The translations under genes and the position numbers were made by a program. Below the pieces are notes generated by a model, which had not been told where the DNA came from, made no database searches, and was given only the letters and a program-made list of their open reading frames with translations. Positions 19,156 through 28,048 of a stretch of 64,000 nucleotides of DNA are shown piece after piece. Source of the DNA: a bacterium (GTDB lineage: Bacteria > Patescibacteriota > Minisyncoccia > Phycocordibacterales > UBA9973); contig JAKAKW010000011.1 in the NCBI GenBank assembly GCA_021824345.1, positions 9,074-73,073 of the forward strand, in the 5' to 3' direction. The stretch's first letter is position 1, and every line of letters starts with the position of its first letter.

Positions 19156-19476
19156 ATGGTTCAAATCAGGGTTCGGTATGTAAGCGATTCCATTCAAGAT
19201 TTTATTAAATCCTTAGACAAGCGTACTCGCATTGCGTGCCGCGAAGCTGTCGCCGCGCTTGCAATCTATGGCAATGAACTGACAATGCCTTTATCAAAAA
19301 ATATTGGCAATGGTCTTTTTGAGCTTAGGGTAAAAGAAATAGCAAACATTAGAATTATATATACTTTTTATCTTAATTCTGCGTGGATCCTCCATGTGTT
19401 TGAAAAGACGAGCAATAGAATTTCAAAAAACGACATGGCTATATGTTTGAAAAGAAAAAGGATGTTGCTTGCATAA
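19156..19476 (+). CDS. RelE/HigB-like (Gp49-type) toxin
   Basis: MPLSKNIGNGLFELRV...RIIY...ILHVFEKTS; lies upstream of an HTH gene. Confidence 0.85.
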   Translation: MVQIRVRYVSDSIQDFIKSLDKRTRIACREAVAALAIYGNELTMPLSKNIGNGLFELRVKEIANIRIIYTFYLNSAWILHVFEKTSNRISKNDMAICLKRKRMLLA

Positions 19477-19504
19477 TATTACATATATGTGATATTATTA
19501 CTTT

Positions 19505-19846
19505 ATGGAAAATATGAAGAAAAAAATTAAAAAAAGAAATGGCACTTACGACGAAATAAAAGAAATAAGGCCGGTTGATTTTGAGGACGATTTGGCGGAG
19601 GAGCTGAAAGACCCCGAGTTCAAAAAAGAATTTCAAAAACTGGGCCCAAAATACGCTCTCTATGCCGCCGTCGTAGAAAGCAGGCACCAGAAAAATATTT
19701 CTCAAAAAACTCTTGCCAAGCGCCTCGGCACCGGCCAGTCGGCAATTTCCCGTCTTGAATCCGGCAAATACAACCCTACCTTTGAATTCATGCAAAAACT
19801 TGCAAAAGCCCTGGAAACCGACATTACTATAACTTTCAGCAAATGA
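19505..19846 (+). CDS. XRE-family HTH antitoxin
   Basis: LKDPEFKKE...SQKTLAKRLGTGQSAISRLESGKYNPT. Confidence 0.88.
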   Translation: MENMKKKIKKRNGTYDEIKEIRPVDFEDDLAEELKDPEFKKEFQKLGPKYALYAAVVESRHQKNISQKTLAKRLGTGQSAISRLESGKYNPTFEFMQKLAKALETDITITFSK

Positions 19847-20265
19847 AAATCAAAGTTAAAAAACTGAAGGAAGATGCGAAATTGCCGAAGTATGCCCATC
19901 CCGGAGATGTCGGCATGGATTTGTTTTCCATGGAAACAGTGACTATTGCGCCGGGAGAACATCACCGGTTCTGGCACGGATTTGCCCTGGAATTTCCCGT
20001 CGGCCACGCGGCCATCATAAAAGACAAGTCCAGCATTTCCAAGGCCGGTTTGCATACCATGGGCGGAGTTTTTGACGCCGGTTTTCGCGGGGAATATAAC
20101 ACTCATTTGGTAAATCTGTCCGACGAACCGTATTCAGTGGAGAAAGGGGACAAGGTTGCCCAGCTTTTGATTGTTCCCGTGGAAATTGTAGAATTAGAAG
20201 AGTCGGACGAGCTTGCCGATTCCTCCCGCGGCACGGGGGCCTTCGGATCTACCGGCAGGAAATAA
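19843..20265 (+). CDS. dut: dUTPase
   Basis: GMDL, GVFDAGFRGE, AQLL and RGTGAFGSTG motifs. Confidence 0.95.
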   Translation: MKIKVKKLKEDAKLPKYAHPGDVGMDLFSMETVTIAPGEHHRFWHGFALEFPVGHAAIIKDKSSISKAGLHTMGGVFDAGFRGEYNTHLVNLSDEPYSVEKGDKVAQLLIVPVEIVELEESDELADSSRGTGAFGSTGRK

Positions 20266-21926
20266 TGAAGGAAAAGATAAAAAAATTAGTGAGCGAAGCG
20301 CTGGCCGAATTGAATTTGGGCGAGGTTTATTTTACCGTTGAACATCCGGATGATTCTGTAAACGGTGATTACTCCACGAACGTCGCGCTGGTTTTGTCCA
20401 AAAAGCTTAAACAGAATCCCAGGGAGGTGGCGGAAAAAATAATATCCGGCATCAAAAAACCGCCTGAGATTTCTGCGATAAAGCCGGCGGGCCCGGGCTT
20501 TATCAATTTCCATCTTTCACGAAAATTCTTCGCCGACACCATCGACGAAATTCTGGAGAAAAAAGAAAACTACGGCAAGAATAAAAATCTGGCGGGACAG
20601 AAGGTAATAGTGGAATACACCGATCCAAACCCGCTCAAAGAGTTTCATATCGGCCACTTAATGAGCAACACCATCGGCGAAGCCATTTCCCGGGTCGTTG
20701 AAGCCAGCGGCGCGGAAGTTAAGCGGGCCTGCTATCAAGGCGATGTCGGAATGCACGCCGCCAAGGCAGTGTGGGGATATTTGCACGAAAAAAATTGGAA
20801 GACCGCCTACGCATTCGGATCCAAGGCGTACGAAAAGGACGACAAAGTGAAGGAAGAGGTGCTTGCGGTCAACAAAAAACTGTATGAACGATCCGACCCG
20901 GAGCTAAACGCTATCTATGACCAAGGCAGAAAAGCTTCCCTGGAAAGTTTTGAAGAAATATATCGGAAGCTCGGCACCTCTTTCAATTACTATTTCTTTG
21001 AAAGCGAAACGGGCAAGCTTGGGAAGGAAATCGTGGAAGAAAACACCGGCAGCGTTTTTGAAAATGGAGATAAAGGCGCGATCGTATTTCATGCGGAAAA
21101 GTTCAATAAGAAACTGCATACCCGCGTCTTCATAAATTCCGAAGGCTTGCCCACTTATGAGGCGAAAGAACTGGGACTGGCGAAAATCAAATACGGCAAG
21201 TTTCCATACGACAAATCCATTGTTGTCACCGGCAATGAAATCAACCAGTATTTCCAAGTGCTTTTGGAGGCCATGAAGCGGGTGTTCCCGGAGCTCGCGG
21301 AGAAAACCAGACATATTTCCCACGGCATGCTCCGCCTTCCCACCGGCAAGATGTCTTCCAGGACAGGTGATGTAATCACCGGCGAATCGCTCATATCTTT
21401 GATTTCGGAAAAAGTGGTTGAAAAAGTGAAAGAAACCAATCGCGGAGAAATGACCGAAGAATTCATAAACCAAGTGGCCGTGGCGGCCCTGAAGTATTCC
21501 ATTCTGAAGCAGTCTATCGGCTCGGACATCATTTACGACTTTGATAAGTCCATTTCCTTTGAAGGAGATTCCGGTCCGTACTTGCAGTATTCATACGCCC
21601 GGGCCAAATCCGTGGCGGAAAAAGCGGAAAAAGAAGAAATTTTTATGAACGTGGAAAATCCGCCCGAGGAAATTTCCGCTCCCGAGCGTTTGCTTTATAT
21701 TTTCCCGGAAATTGTGGAAAGATCCGCCAGGGAATTCCAACCGCACCACATAGCGAATTATCTGATTGAGCTGGCCCGCGCCTTCAACGCATATTATGGG
21801 AATAATCGCATCGCGGACAAGAACGATGAAAGCTCCCCGTACAAAGTGGCCCTGGCCAGCGCCTTTGCCATTGTGATAAAAAACGGCCTGCGATTTCTCG
21901 GCATCCAGGCCCCGGAGAAGATGTAA
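20265..21926 (+). CDS. argS: Arginine--tRNA ligase
   Basis: GPGFIN, PNPLKEFHIGH, KMSSRTG and GPYLQYSYAR motifs. Confidence 0.97.
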   Translation: MKEKIKKLVSEALAELNLGEVYFTVEHPDDSVNGDYSTNVALVLSKKLKQNPREVAEKIISGIKKPPEISAIKPAGPGFINFHLSRKFFADTIDEILEKKENYGKNKNLAGQKVIVEYTDPNPLKEFHIGHLMSNTIGEAISRVVEASGAEVKRACYQGDVGMHAAKAVWGYLHEKNWKTAYAFGSKAYEKDDKVKEEVLAVNKKLYERSDPELNAIYDQGRKASLESFEEIYRKLGTSFNYYFFESETGKLGKEIVEENTGSVFENGDKGAIVFHAEKFNKKLHTRVFINSEGLPTYEAKELGLAKIKYGKFPYDKSIVVTGNEINQYFQVLLEAMKRVFPELAEKTRHISHGMLRLPTGKMSSRTGDVITGESLISLISEKVVEKVKETNRGEMTEEFINQVAVAALKYSILKQSIGSDIIYDFDKSISFEGDSGPYLQYSYARAKSVAEKAEKEEIFMNVENPPEEISAPERLLYIFPEIVERSAREFQPHHIANYLIELARAFNAYYGNNRIADKNDESSPYKVALASAFAIVIKNGLRFLGIQAPEKM

Positions 21927-22331
21927 CTAAGGAAAATAGGGATCTTTATTCTTCAGCACCAATTTTTTTGCTTCTTCAGCTAGGCGTTTGAATTTTTCTT
22001 CATCCTCATCCGTGAGCGAGTTTAATTTTTCAAATATTTCATTGAGCTTAGCTGTTCTTTTGGGATACTTTTCGATTCCGTTTTTCATTCTCTTATATTC
22101 AACAGCATCATCCCCGAACTTATTTTTTACTTCTCCCAACAATTTTTCCATTGTAGGAAAAAGATTTTCTTTTATTTCTTTATTAACCTCTGCAAATTTC
22201 CCATTCTGTTTTCTTAATTCCCTTACAAAATATGTGAGTGTAATTAAACATTCCTCAAAACCCAGGTTGTCAGGCACAGTCGTTAGATCTTCCTTCCCAG
22301 CATTCGTTTTTTCCATCTCGTTTCCATTCAT
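21927..22331 (-). CDS. Hypothetical charged helical protein (low GC)
   Basis: Open frame filling the argS-ileS gap, AT-rich, no recognisable motif. Confidence 0.65.
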   Translation of the reverse strand: MNGNEMEKTNAGKEDLTTVPDNLGFEECLITLTYFVRELRKQNGKFAEVNKEIKENLFPTMEKLLGEVKNKFGDDAVEYKRMKNGIEKYPKRTAKLNEIFEKLNSLTDEDEEKFKRLAEEAKKLVLKNKDPYFP

Positions 22332-22398
22332 ATCAATATTGTACATTTTTTATATCAAGATGTAAAAACAAGGCCTTTATGATAGAATCATTTCCATA

Positions 22399-25300
22399 AT
22401 GGCTTCCGGTGAAGAATCTAAAAAATCCGAATCTGCTCGGCGCGAAGAGCGGATTTTGGAGTTCTGGAAGGAGAATAAAATTTTTGAAAAAACTCTGGGA
22501 AAGCCGTCCCCCAAGGGGGAATTCGTTTTCTACGAAGGTCCGCCTACGGCCAATGGCAAACCTCACATAGGGCACTTTGAGGCGCGTTCTTTCAAGGATG
22601 CCGTTCCCAGGTACAAGACCATGCGCGGATACCATGTGCGTCGGAAAGGCGGATGGGACACCCACGGCCTGCCTGTGGAGCTTGCGGTGGAGAAAAAACT
22701 CGGGCTTAGTTCCAAAAAGGGGATAGAGGAATACGGAATTGCCAAGTTCAACGAGCAATGCAAGGAAAGCGTATGGGAATATGTGAACCTATGGGAAAAG
22801 TTCACCGAGCGCGTGGGATACTGGGTGGATCAGAAGGATGCCTACGTCACTTACCATAACGATTACATTGAATCTCTTTGGAATATCGTAAAAAAAATAG
22901 ATGAACAAGAACTGCTTTACAAGGATTACAAAGTGGTTCCGTGGTGTCCGCGCTGCGGGACGGCCCTTTCCTCGCACGAATTGGCGCAGGGATATGAGGA
23001 TGTGAAGGATCTGTCGGTGTATGTGAAATTCCGCGTGAAATCTTCGCCTGACGCTTTTGCGAAGGTCCTCGGTTCCCCTCGCACAAAGCTTGCTCCTTCG
23101 GAGCTGGAAGCTCGGCCAGACCATTCGCAAAAGCATTCAGTCGAGGATTTCACATATATTCTGGCATGGACCACTACCCCCTGGACTTTGCCGGGCAACG
23201 TTGCTTTAGCGGTAGGAAAAGATATTGATTACACCGCTTTGCGCGTAAAAGGGGTTTCCGAATTGTATATTCTCGCAAGCGATAGGGTAAAGAGTGTCTT
23301 TGAAGGGCAGGAAATTGAAATTGTGCATGACAACATAAAAGGATCAGATCTTGTCGGCCTGGAATACGAACCCTTGTATCCGTATTTCGCGAACACTCTT
23401 CCTGAGAGCGAAAAGTCCAAACTTCCAAAAGCATACAAGGTTTACGAAGCGGATTTTGTGACAACCGTTGACGGCACGGGCGTGGTGCATACCGCCGTGA
23501 TGTACGGACAAGACGACTTCGTGCTGGGCACCGCTATCGGTTTGCCCAAGCACCATCTCGTGGGTCTGGACGGGAAATTCCTGGCCGGCACTGATTTTCT
23601 TGAAGGAAGATTCGTGCGAGACGAAGATGTGGCAGTGGACATTATCAAAGACCTTGCGCACCGGAACCTTTTGCTAAAGAAAGAAAAGTACGAACACTCA
23701 TATCCTTTCTGCTGGCGCTGCCATACCGCGCTCATATATTACGCGCGGGACTCGTGGTACATAAAAGTTTCAGATCCGCGGATTAAGGAAAAGATGATTT
23801 CTGAGAATGAGAAGATAAACTGGGAGCCGGCGCACATTCGGGACGGGCGTTTCGGAGAATGGCTGCGCGATATCAAGGACTGGGCGATTTCCCGCGAGCG
23901 GTACTGGGGAACTCCGCTTCCGGTGTGGACATGCGAGAAATGCAACCAGAGGATTACCATCGGAAGCATTGAGGAACTGAAAAAGCATACGAAGAAATCC
24001 GGCAATCGGTACTTCTTTATGCGGCATGGAGAAGCAGAGAGCAATGTTAAGGGTATGGTGGCTTGCAGAGTGGAGGATAACGATAATTTAATCGAGGCCG
24101 GGAAACAACAAGTATTGTCTTCGGCAAAACAACTAAAAGAAAAGAATATTGATCTTATTTTCTCCTCGGATATTTTGAGGACGAAAGAGACAGCTGAAAT
24201 TGTTAAAAAAGAAATTAGTACTGAAAAAGAAATAATTTTTGACAAGCGCCTGCGCGAGTGGAACGTAGGAAAATTTGACGGAAAAACATGGCACGAATAT
24301 AAAAAATTTGCGCGCCAACACGATGATTGGTACAGTTTTATCCCTGAGGGAGGCGAATCATTCAAAGATATAAAGATTAGAGTTTTTGATTTCATTTACG
24401 AATTGGAGAATAAATACCAAGGGAAAAATATCTTGATCGTCACTCACCAGGCTCCGATTGTAGTTATTCTTAAGGGTTTAGATAAACTTAATGATGAAGA
24501 TACAAAGGCAGGTGATAGCGATGTGAACTTAAGATTCAAGGGAGGAGAGTTTAAAGAGATAGATTTTACCTTACTTCCCCACAACAAAAACTACGAGCTG
24601 GATTTGCACCGGCCATACATAGACGAGGTTCCGCTGGTCTGCGATTGCGGAGGAAAACTTTCTCGTACACCGGAGGTTATGGACGTCTGGTTTGATTCCG
24701 GTTCCATGCCGTTTGCCCAGGATCATTATCCTTTTGAGAACAAAGACTGGATTGACGATCACGGATATCCGGCTGATTTCATATCGGAGGCCATAGATCA
24801 GACTCGCGGATGGTTCTATACCCTGCACGCCGTGGGAGCGCTTGTGGGGAAGGGCAGGGCATACAAAAATGTAATCTGTCTCGGACACCTGATGGATGCC
24901 GAGGGAAAGAAAATGTCAAAACATATCGGCAACGTAGTGGACCCCTGGGAGATGATAGAGAAATACGGGGCGGATACTTTGCGATTATGGATGTACTCCA
25001 TAAACCAGCCGGGCGAGTCCAAGAATTTTGATGAAAAAACGGTGGTGCTTCTCCACCGGCAAATGTTCGGTCTGCTTTACAATGTGCTTTCTTTCTACGA
25101 GCTTTACCGCGACAAAGAGCTTGAGACGATGGGAGGCAAGGCCTCCCACCGGCCTGCCTCGGAAAATATTCTGGATAAGTGGATAATTACGCGATTAAAC
25201 GAGCTGGAGATTCTGTGCACGGAAAATCTTGAGAAATATAAATTATTGGAACCCGTGCGGGCCATGCGCGATTTCATCGACGATCTGTCCACTTGGTATT

Positions 25301-26016
25301 TGCGCCGATCCAGGGAGCGCATTAAGGACGGGGACAAGGATGCCAAGCGCACTTTGTACTTTGTGTTGAAAAATCTTGCCAAGCTTCTGGCCCCGTTCGC
25401 TCCTTTTGCCACCGAGGATATATGGCAAAAGCTTAAAAGCGATGAGGACCCTGCAAGCGTTCATTTGTCCGAGTGGCCGTACAAGGACCAATCCCTTTTG
25501 CAAAAGCTTTTCGGAAAGAAAGAAAAAGTGGATTACTCAGTGCTGGAAAATATGCGCCGAGCCAGGCAGATTGTGACAATGGGCTTGGAAGCTCGGCAGA
25601 AAGCGGGCATAAAGGTGCGCCAACCGCTCGGACTTTTGAGGATAAAGGATCGGAATCTTTCATCGGAGTATGAAGAGCTCATCAAGGACGAGCTCAATGT
25701 TAAAGAAATTGCCAAAGATGCCGGCCTAGAAGGAGAAGTGTTGCTTAATACTGAAATTACTCCTGAACTTAAAGAAGAAGGCGACTATCGCGAACTGGTT
25801 CGCGCTATTCAGGATATGCGCAAAGAGGCGGGGCTCTTACCGAGCGACATGGTAACGCTTCTTTTGGATACTGATGAATCTGGCGAAAAGCTGGCCAAAA
25901 AATTTGAAGAAGATCTGAAGAAAACTGTTAGCGCCGAAAAAATTGAATTCACGGAAAGCGACGGTCCGGAAATCAAAATCGGCAATTCAGCGTTTAAGAT
26001 AAAAATTCAAAAATAG
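22399..26016 (+). CDS. ileS: Isoleucine--tRNA ligase (type 2) with an inserted histidine-phosphatase domain and palindrome insertions
   Basis: EGPPTANGKPHIGH, WDTHGLP, WTTTPWT, ISRERYWG and KMSK motifs; internal RHGE domain at ~24004-24570. Confidence 0.96.
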   Translation: MASGEESKKSESARREERILEFWKENKIFEKTLGKPSPKGEFVFYEGPPTANGKPHIGHFEARSFKDAVPRYKTMRGYHVRRKGGWDTHGLPVELAVEKKLGLSSKKGIEEYGIAKFNEQCKESVWEYVNLWEKFTERVGYWVDQKDAYVTYHNDYIESLWNIVKKIDEQELLYKDYKVVPWCPRCGTALSSHELAQGYEDVKDLSVYVKFRVKSSPDAFAKVLGSPRTKLAPSELEARPDHSQKHSVEDFTYILAWTTTPWTLPGNVALAVGKDIDYTALRVKGVSELYILASDRVKSVFEGQEIEIVHDNIKGSDLVGLEYEPLYPYFANTLPESEKSKLPKAYKVYEADFVTTVDGTGVVHTAVMYGQDDFVLGTAIGLPKHHLVGLDGKFLAGTDFLEGRFVRDEDVAVDIIKDLAHRNLLLKKEKYEHSYPFCWRCHTALIYYARDSWYIKVSDPRIKEKMISENEKINWEPAHIRDGRFGEWLRDIKDWAISRERYWGTPLPVWTCEKCNQRITIGSIEELKKHTKKSGNRYFFMRHGEAESNVKGMVACRVEDNDNLIEAGKQQVLSSAKQLKEKNIDLIFSSDILRTKETAEIVKKEISTEKEIIFDKRLREWNVGKFDGKTWHEYKKFARQHDDWYSFIPEGGESFKDIKIRVFDFIYELENKYQGKNILIVTHQAPIVVILKGLDKLNDEDTKAGDSDVNLRFKGGEFKEIDFTLLPHNKNYELDLHRPYIDEVPLVCDCGGKLSRTPEVMDVWFDSGSMPFAQDHYPFENKDWIDDHGYPADFISEAIDQTRGWFYTLHAVGALVGKGRAYKNVICLGHLMDAEGKKMSKHIGNVVDPWEMIEKYGADTLRLWMYSINQPGESKNFDEKTVVLLHRQMFGLLYNVLSFYELYRDKELETMGGKASHRPASENILDKWIITRLNELEILCTENLEKYKLLEPVRAMRDFIDDLSTWYLRRSRERIKDGDKDAKRTLYFVLKNLAKLLAPFAPFATEDIWQKLKSDEDPASVHLSEWPYKDQSLLQKLFGKKEKVDYSVLENMRRARQIVTMGLEARQKAGIKVRQPLGLLRIKDRNLSSEYEELIKDELNVKEIAKDAGLEGEVLLNTEITPELKEEGDYRELVRAIQDMRKEAGLLPSDMVTLLLDTDESGEKLAKKFEEDLKKTVSAEKIEFTESDGPEIKIGNSAFKIKIQK
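23035..23153. repeat. Fold-back element inside ileS, in frame
   Basis: Arms GTGAAATCTTCG..GCTTTTGCGAA / TTCGCAAAAGC..CGAGGATTTCAC; 23 nt (23102-23124) identical to 36192-36214. Confidence 0.88.
25130..25148. repeat. Palindrome family B, copy inside ileS
   Basis: TGGGAGGC-AAG-GCCTCCCA, reading MGGKASH. Confidence 0.85.
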
Positions 26017-26017
26017 A

Positions 26018-26602
26018 ATGGAAATTCCTAAGCCGAAATCCAAACAGCCGATCCCGGAGAATGCGAAATGCGTGTTTCATGGAGAAATTTTTGATGTGTA
26101 TCAATGGGAGCAAAAAATGTATGACGGAAGTACTGCGACCTTTGAAAAACTGAAGCGGCCGGACACAGTAGTAATTTTCCCGATATTGCCTGACGGGAAA
26201 ATTCTTCTTGTTGAACAAGAACAACCCGGGAAAGATCCTTTCATAGGGACTCCTGGGGGCAGGGTGGACCTAGGAGAAGATATACTGGAAGCCGCCAAGC
26301 GGGAGTTACTGGAAGAGACCGGCTATGAAGCGAAAAAATTTATTTTATGGGATGCTCAACAGCCGGTAAGCAAGATTGAGTGGTCTGTGTATACCTTTGT
26401 CGCCAAGGGTTTGAAAAAAGTAGCGGATATGAATTTGGATGCGGGAGAAAAGATAGAACTGAAACCAGTGACATTCAATGAATTTATGGAAATAAGTGTA
26501 AAACGAAATTTCAGCGAGCGGGAAATTGTATTGAAAATAATGGAAGCAAGATTAATTTCCGAGAAAAGAAAGGAACTTCAAAAGTTATTCTCTCCGGAAT
26601 AG
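26018..26602 (+). CDS. NUDIX hydrolase (ADP-ribose pyrophosphatase-like)
   Basis: Nudix box PGGRVDLGEDILEAAKRELLEETGY; LDAGEKI. Confidence 0.9.
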   Translation: MEIPKPKSKQPIPENAKCVFHGEIFDVYQWEQKMYDGSTATFEKLKRPDTVVIFPILPDGKILLVEQEQPGKDPFIGTPGGRVDLGEDILEAAKRELLEETGYEAKKFILWDAQQPVSKIEWSVYTFVAKGLKKVADMNLDAGEKIELKPVTFNEFMEISVKRNFSEREIVLKIMEARLISEKRKELQKLFSPE

Positions 26603-26629
26603 TTCGACGTGGCAGGTCGGAATTTTTCC

Positions 26630-26654
26630 AGGGCGGAGGGTTACCCTCCGCCCT
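26630..26654. repeat. Palindrome family A, copy 3
   Basis: AGGGCGGAGGG-TTA-CCCTCCGCCCT. Confidence 0.88.
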
Positions 26655-26717
26655 AGACAGCATTGTATATTTATAGCAGTGAAATTTTTAATATTTTCGG
26701 TGGTATAATATAGTGAT

Positions 26718-27362
26718 ATGAAAATCACAAAGCTTGGGCATTGTTGCCTCATTATTGAAGAAAACGGAAAGAGGATTATGACTGATCCGGGTTCTTTTAC
26801 CGCGGAAGAGCAGAAGAAAGAGAAAGATATCGATGTCATTCTTTTTACCCACGAGCACGGCGACCACTACCACCTTGAATCGCTGAAGGAAATTCTGAAG
26901 AACAGTCCGAATGCGAAAATAATCACAAATGCCGGCGTGGGGAAGCTTCTGGACGAAGCCGGCATAAAGTATGAAATCATGCCGGACAAAACTTCCAAGG
27001 AAGTTTTGTCCGGCATAGAACTGGAAGCGCATGACTGCAAGCATGGGGAAATTTTTGAAGAATACGGCCAGGTGCCGAACACCGGCTTCTTTATCGGCAA
27101 GCGCCTATTTTATCCTGGAGACTCATATTACAATCCCGGCAAGCCAGTGGAAATCCTTGCGCTTCCCGTGGCCGGCCCGTGGGCGAAGGTGGCGGACTTT
27201 ATGCGCTATGCATTGGATGTAAAACCGAAAGTATGTTGTCCGGTGCATGATGGCATGCTGGGAAAATATTCCGGGCTTGCGTATTGGGTGCCAGAAAAAG
27301 TGCTTCCTGAGAATGGGATTTCTTTCAAGATTCTTGAAAAAGGCAAAACGGAGGAATTTTAG
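26718..27362 (+). CDS. MBL-fold metallo-hydrolase (UlaG-like)
   Basis: GHCC, TDPG, THEHGDH, YPGDS and PVHDG motifs. Confidence 0.9.
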   Translation: MKITKLGHCCLIIEENGKRIMTDPGSFTAEEQKKEKDIDVILFTHEHGDHYHLESLKEILKNSPNAKIITNAGVGKLLDEAGIKYEIMPDKTSKEVLSGIELEAHDCKHGEIFEEYGQVPNTGFFIGKRLFYPGDSYYNPGKPVEILALPVAGPWAKVADFMRYALDVKPKVCCPVHDGMLGKYSGLAYWVPEKVLPENGISFKILEKGKTEEF

Positions 27363-27370
27363 TTTCTAAA

Positions 27371-27961
27371 ATGCACCACATATACCATACTGAAGGGATT
27401 ATTTTGGGAAGCCGAAACTACGGCGAGTCCGGGAAATATTATTATCTCTTTACTCGCGATTTGGGAATGATAACGGCGGCCGCCCGCGGGGTGCGCAAGA
27501 TGCCTTCCAAATTGCGTTATATTTTAAGTGATTTTTCCTACATTAAAACAGACCTGGTGCGGGGAAAAGATTTTTGGCGGATCACCAGCGCGTCCAAAAC
27601 CAATACATTGGAAAAAATTTCCAAGCATCCCGAAACTCTGAGGATTTTTGCCGGTATTTCCCGCCTGCTTAGGAAACTGTTGGCCGGCGAAGAGCCCAAT
27701 ACTGAACTCTTTGACGACCTATTAAAAGGCCTGGAAGCGCTTGAAAAATGTTCCGATGACGGGGAGCTTCGCGACATCGAAGCGGTGGTGGTGCTTCGGG
27801 TCCTGTACAAGCTCGGATATGTGGGCGCAGACGAATCCGTGGAAAGCCTCGCGCGCTCTCCTTTTGCGGGGGACATGGCATACCGCGCGGCTTCCCAAAG
27901 AAAAAAAATTCTCTCCGAAATCAACAAGGCTCTGCGGGAAAGCATGCTATATGGCGCGTAA
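27371..27961 (+). CDS. recO: DNA repair protein RecO (short form)
   Basis: TEGIIL..RNYGE...LFTRDLG...ARGVRK..SKLR N-terminal OB fold. Confidence 0.88.
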   Translation: MHHIYHTEGIILGSRNYGESGKYYYLFTRDLGMITAAARGVRKMPSKLRYILSDFSYIKTDLVRGKDFWRITSASKTNTLEKISKHPETLRIFAGISRLLRKLLAGEEPNTELFDDLLKGLEALEKCSDDGELRDIEAVVVLRVLYKLGYVGADESVESLARSPFAGDMAYRAASQRKKILSEINKALRESMLYGA

Positions 27962-28048
27962 AGCGCCTTATAACAGCCAGCAAGGGCGCCGAACAAATAC
28001 CCTTCGGGCATTTGTTTCCGTCCTCGCTTGTTGTTATAATTACAAATT

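Noticed and set aside
27975-28034. Hairpin GAACAAATACCC-TTCG-GGCATTTGTTTC after recO
   Set aside because: Single imperfect copy without a T tract. It could be a terminator or a decayed element, but is not supportable as either.
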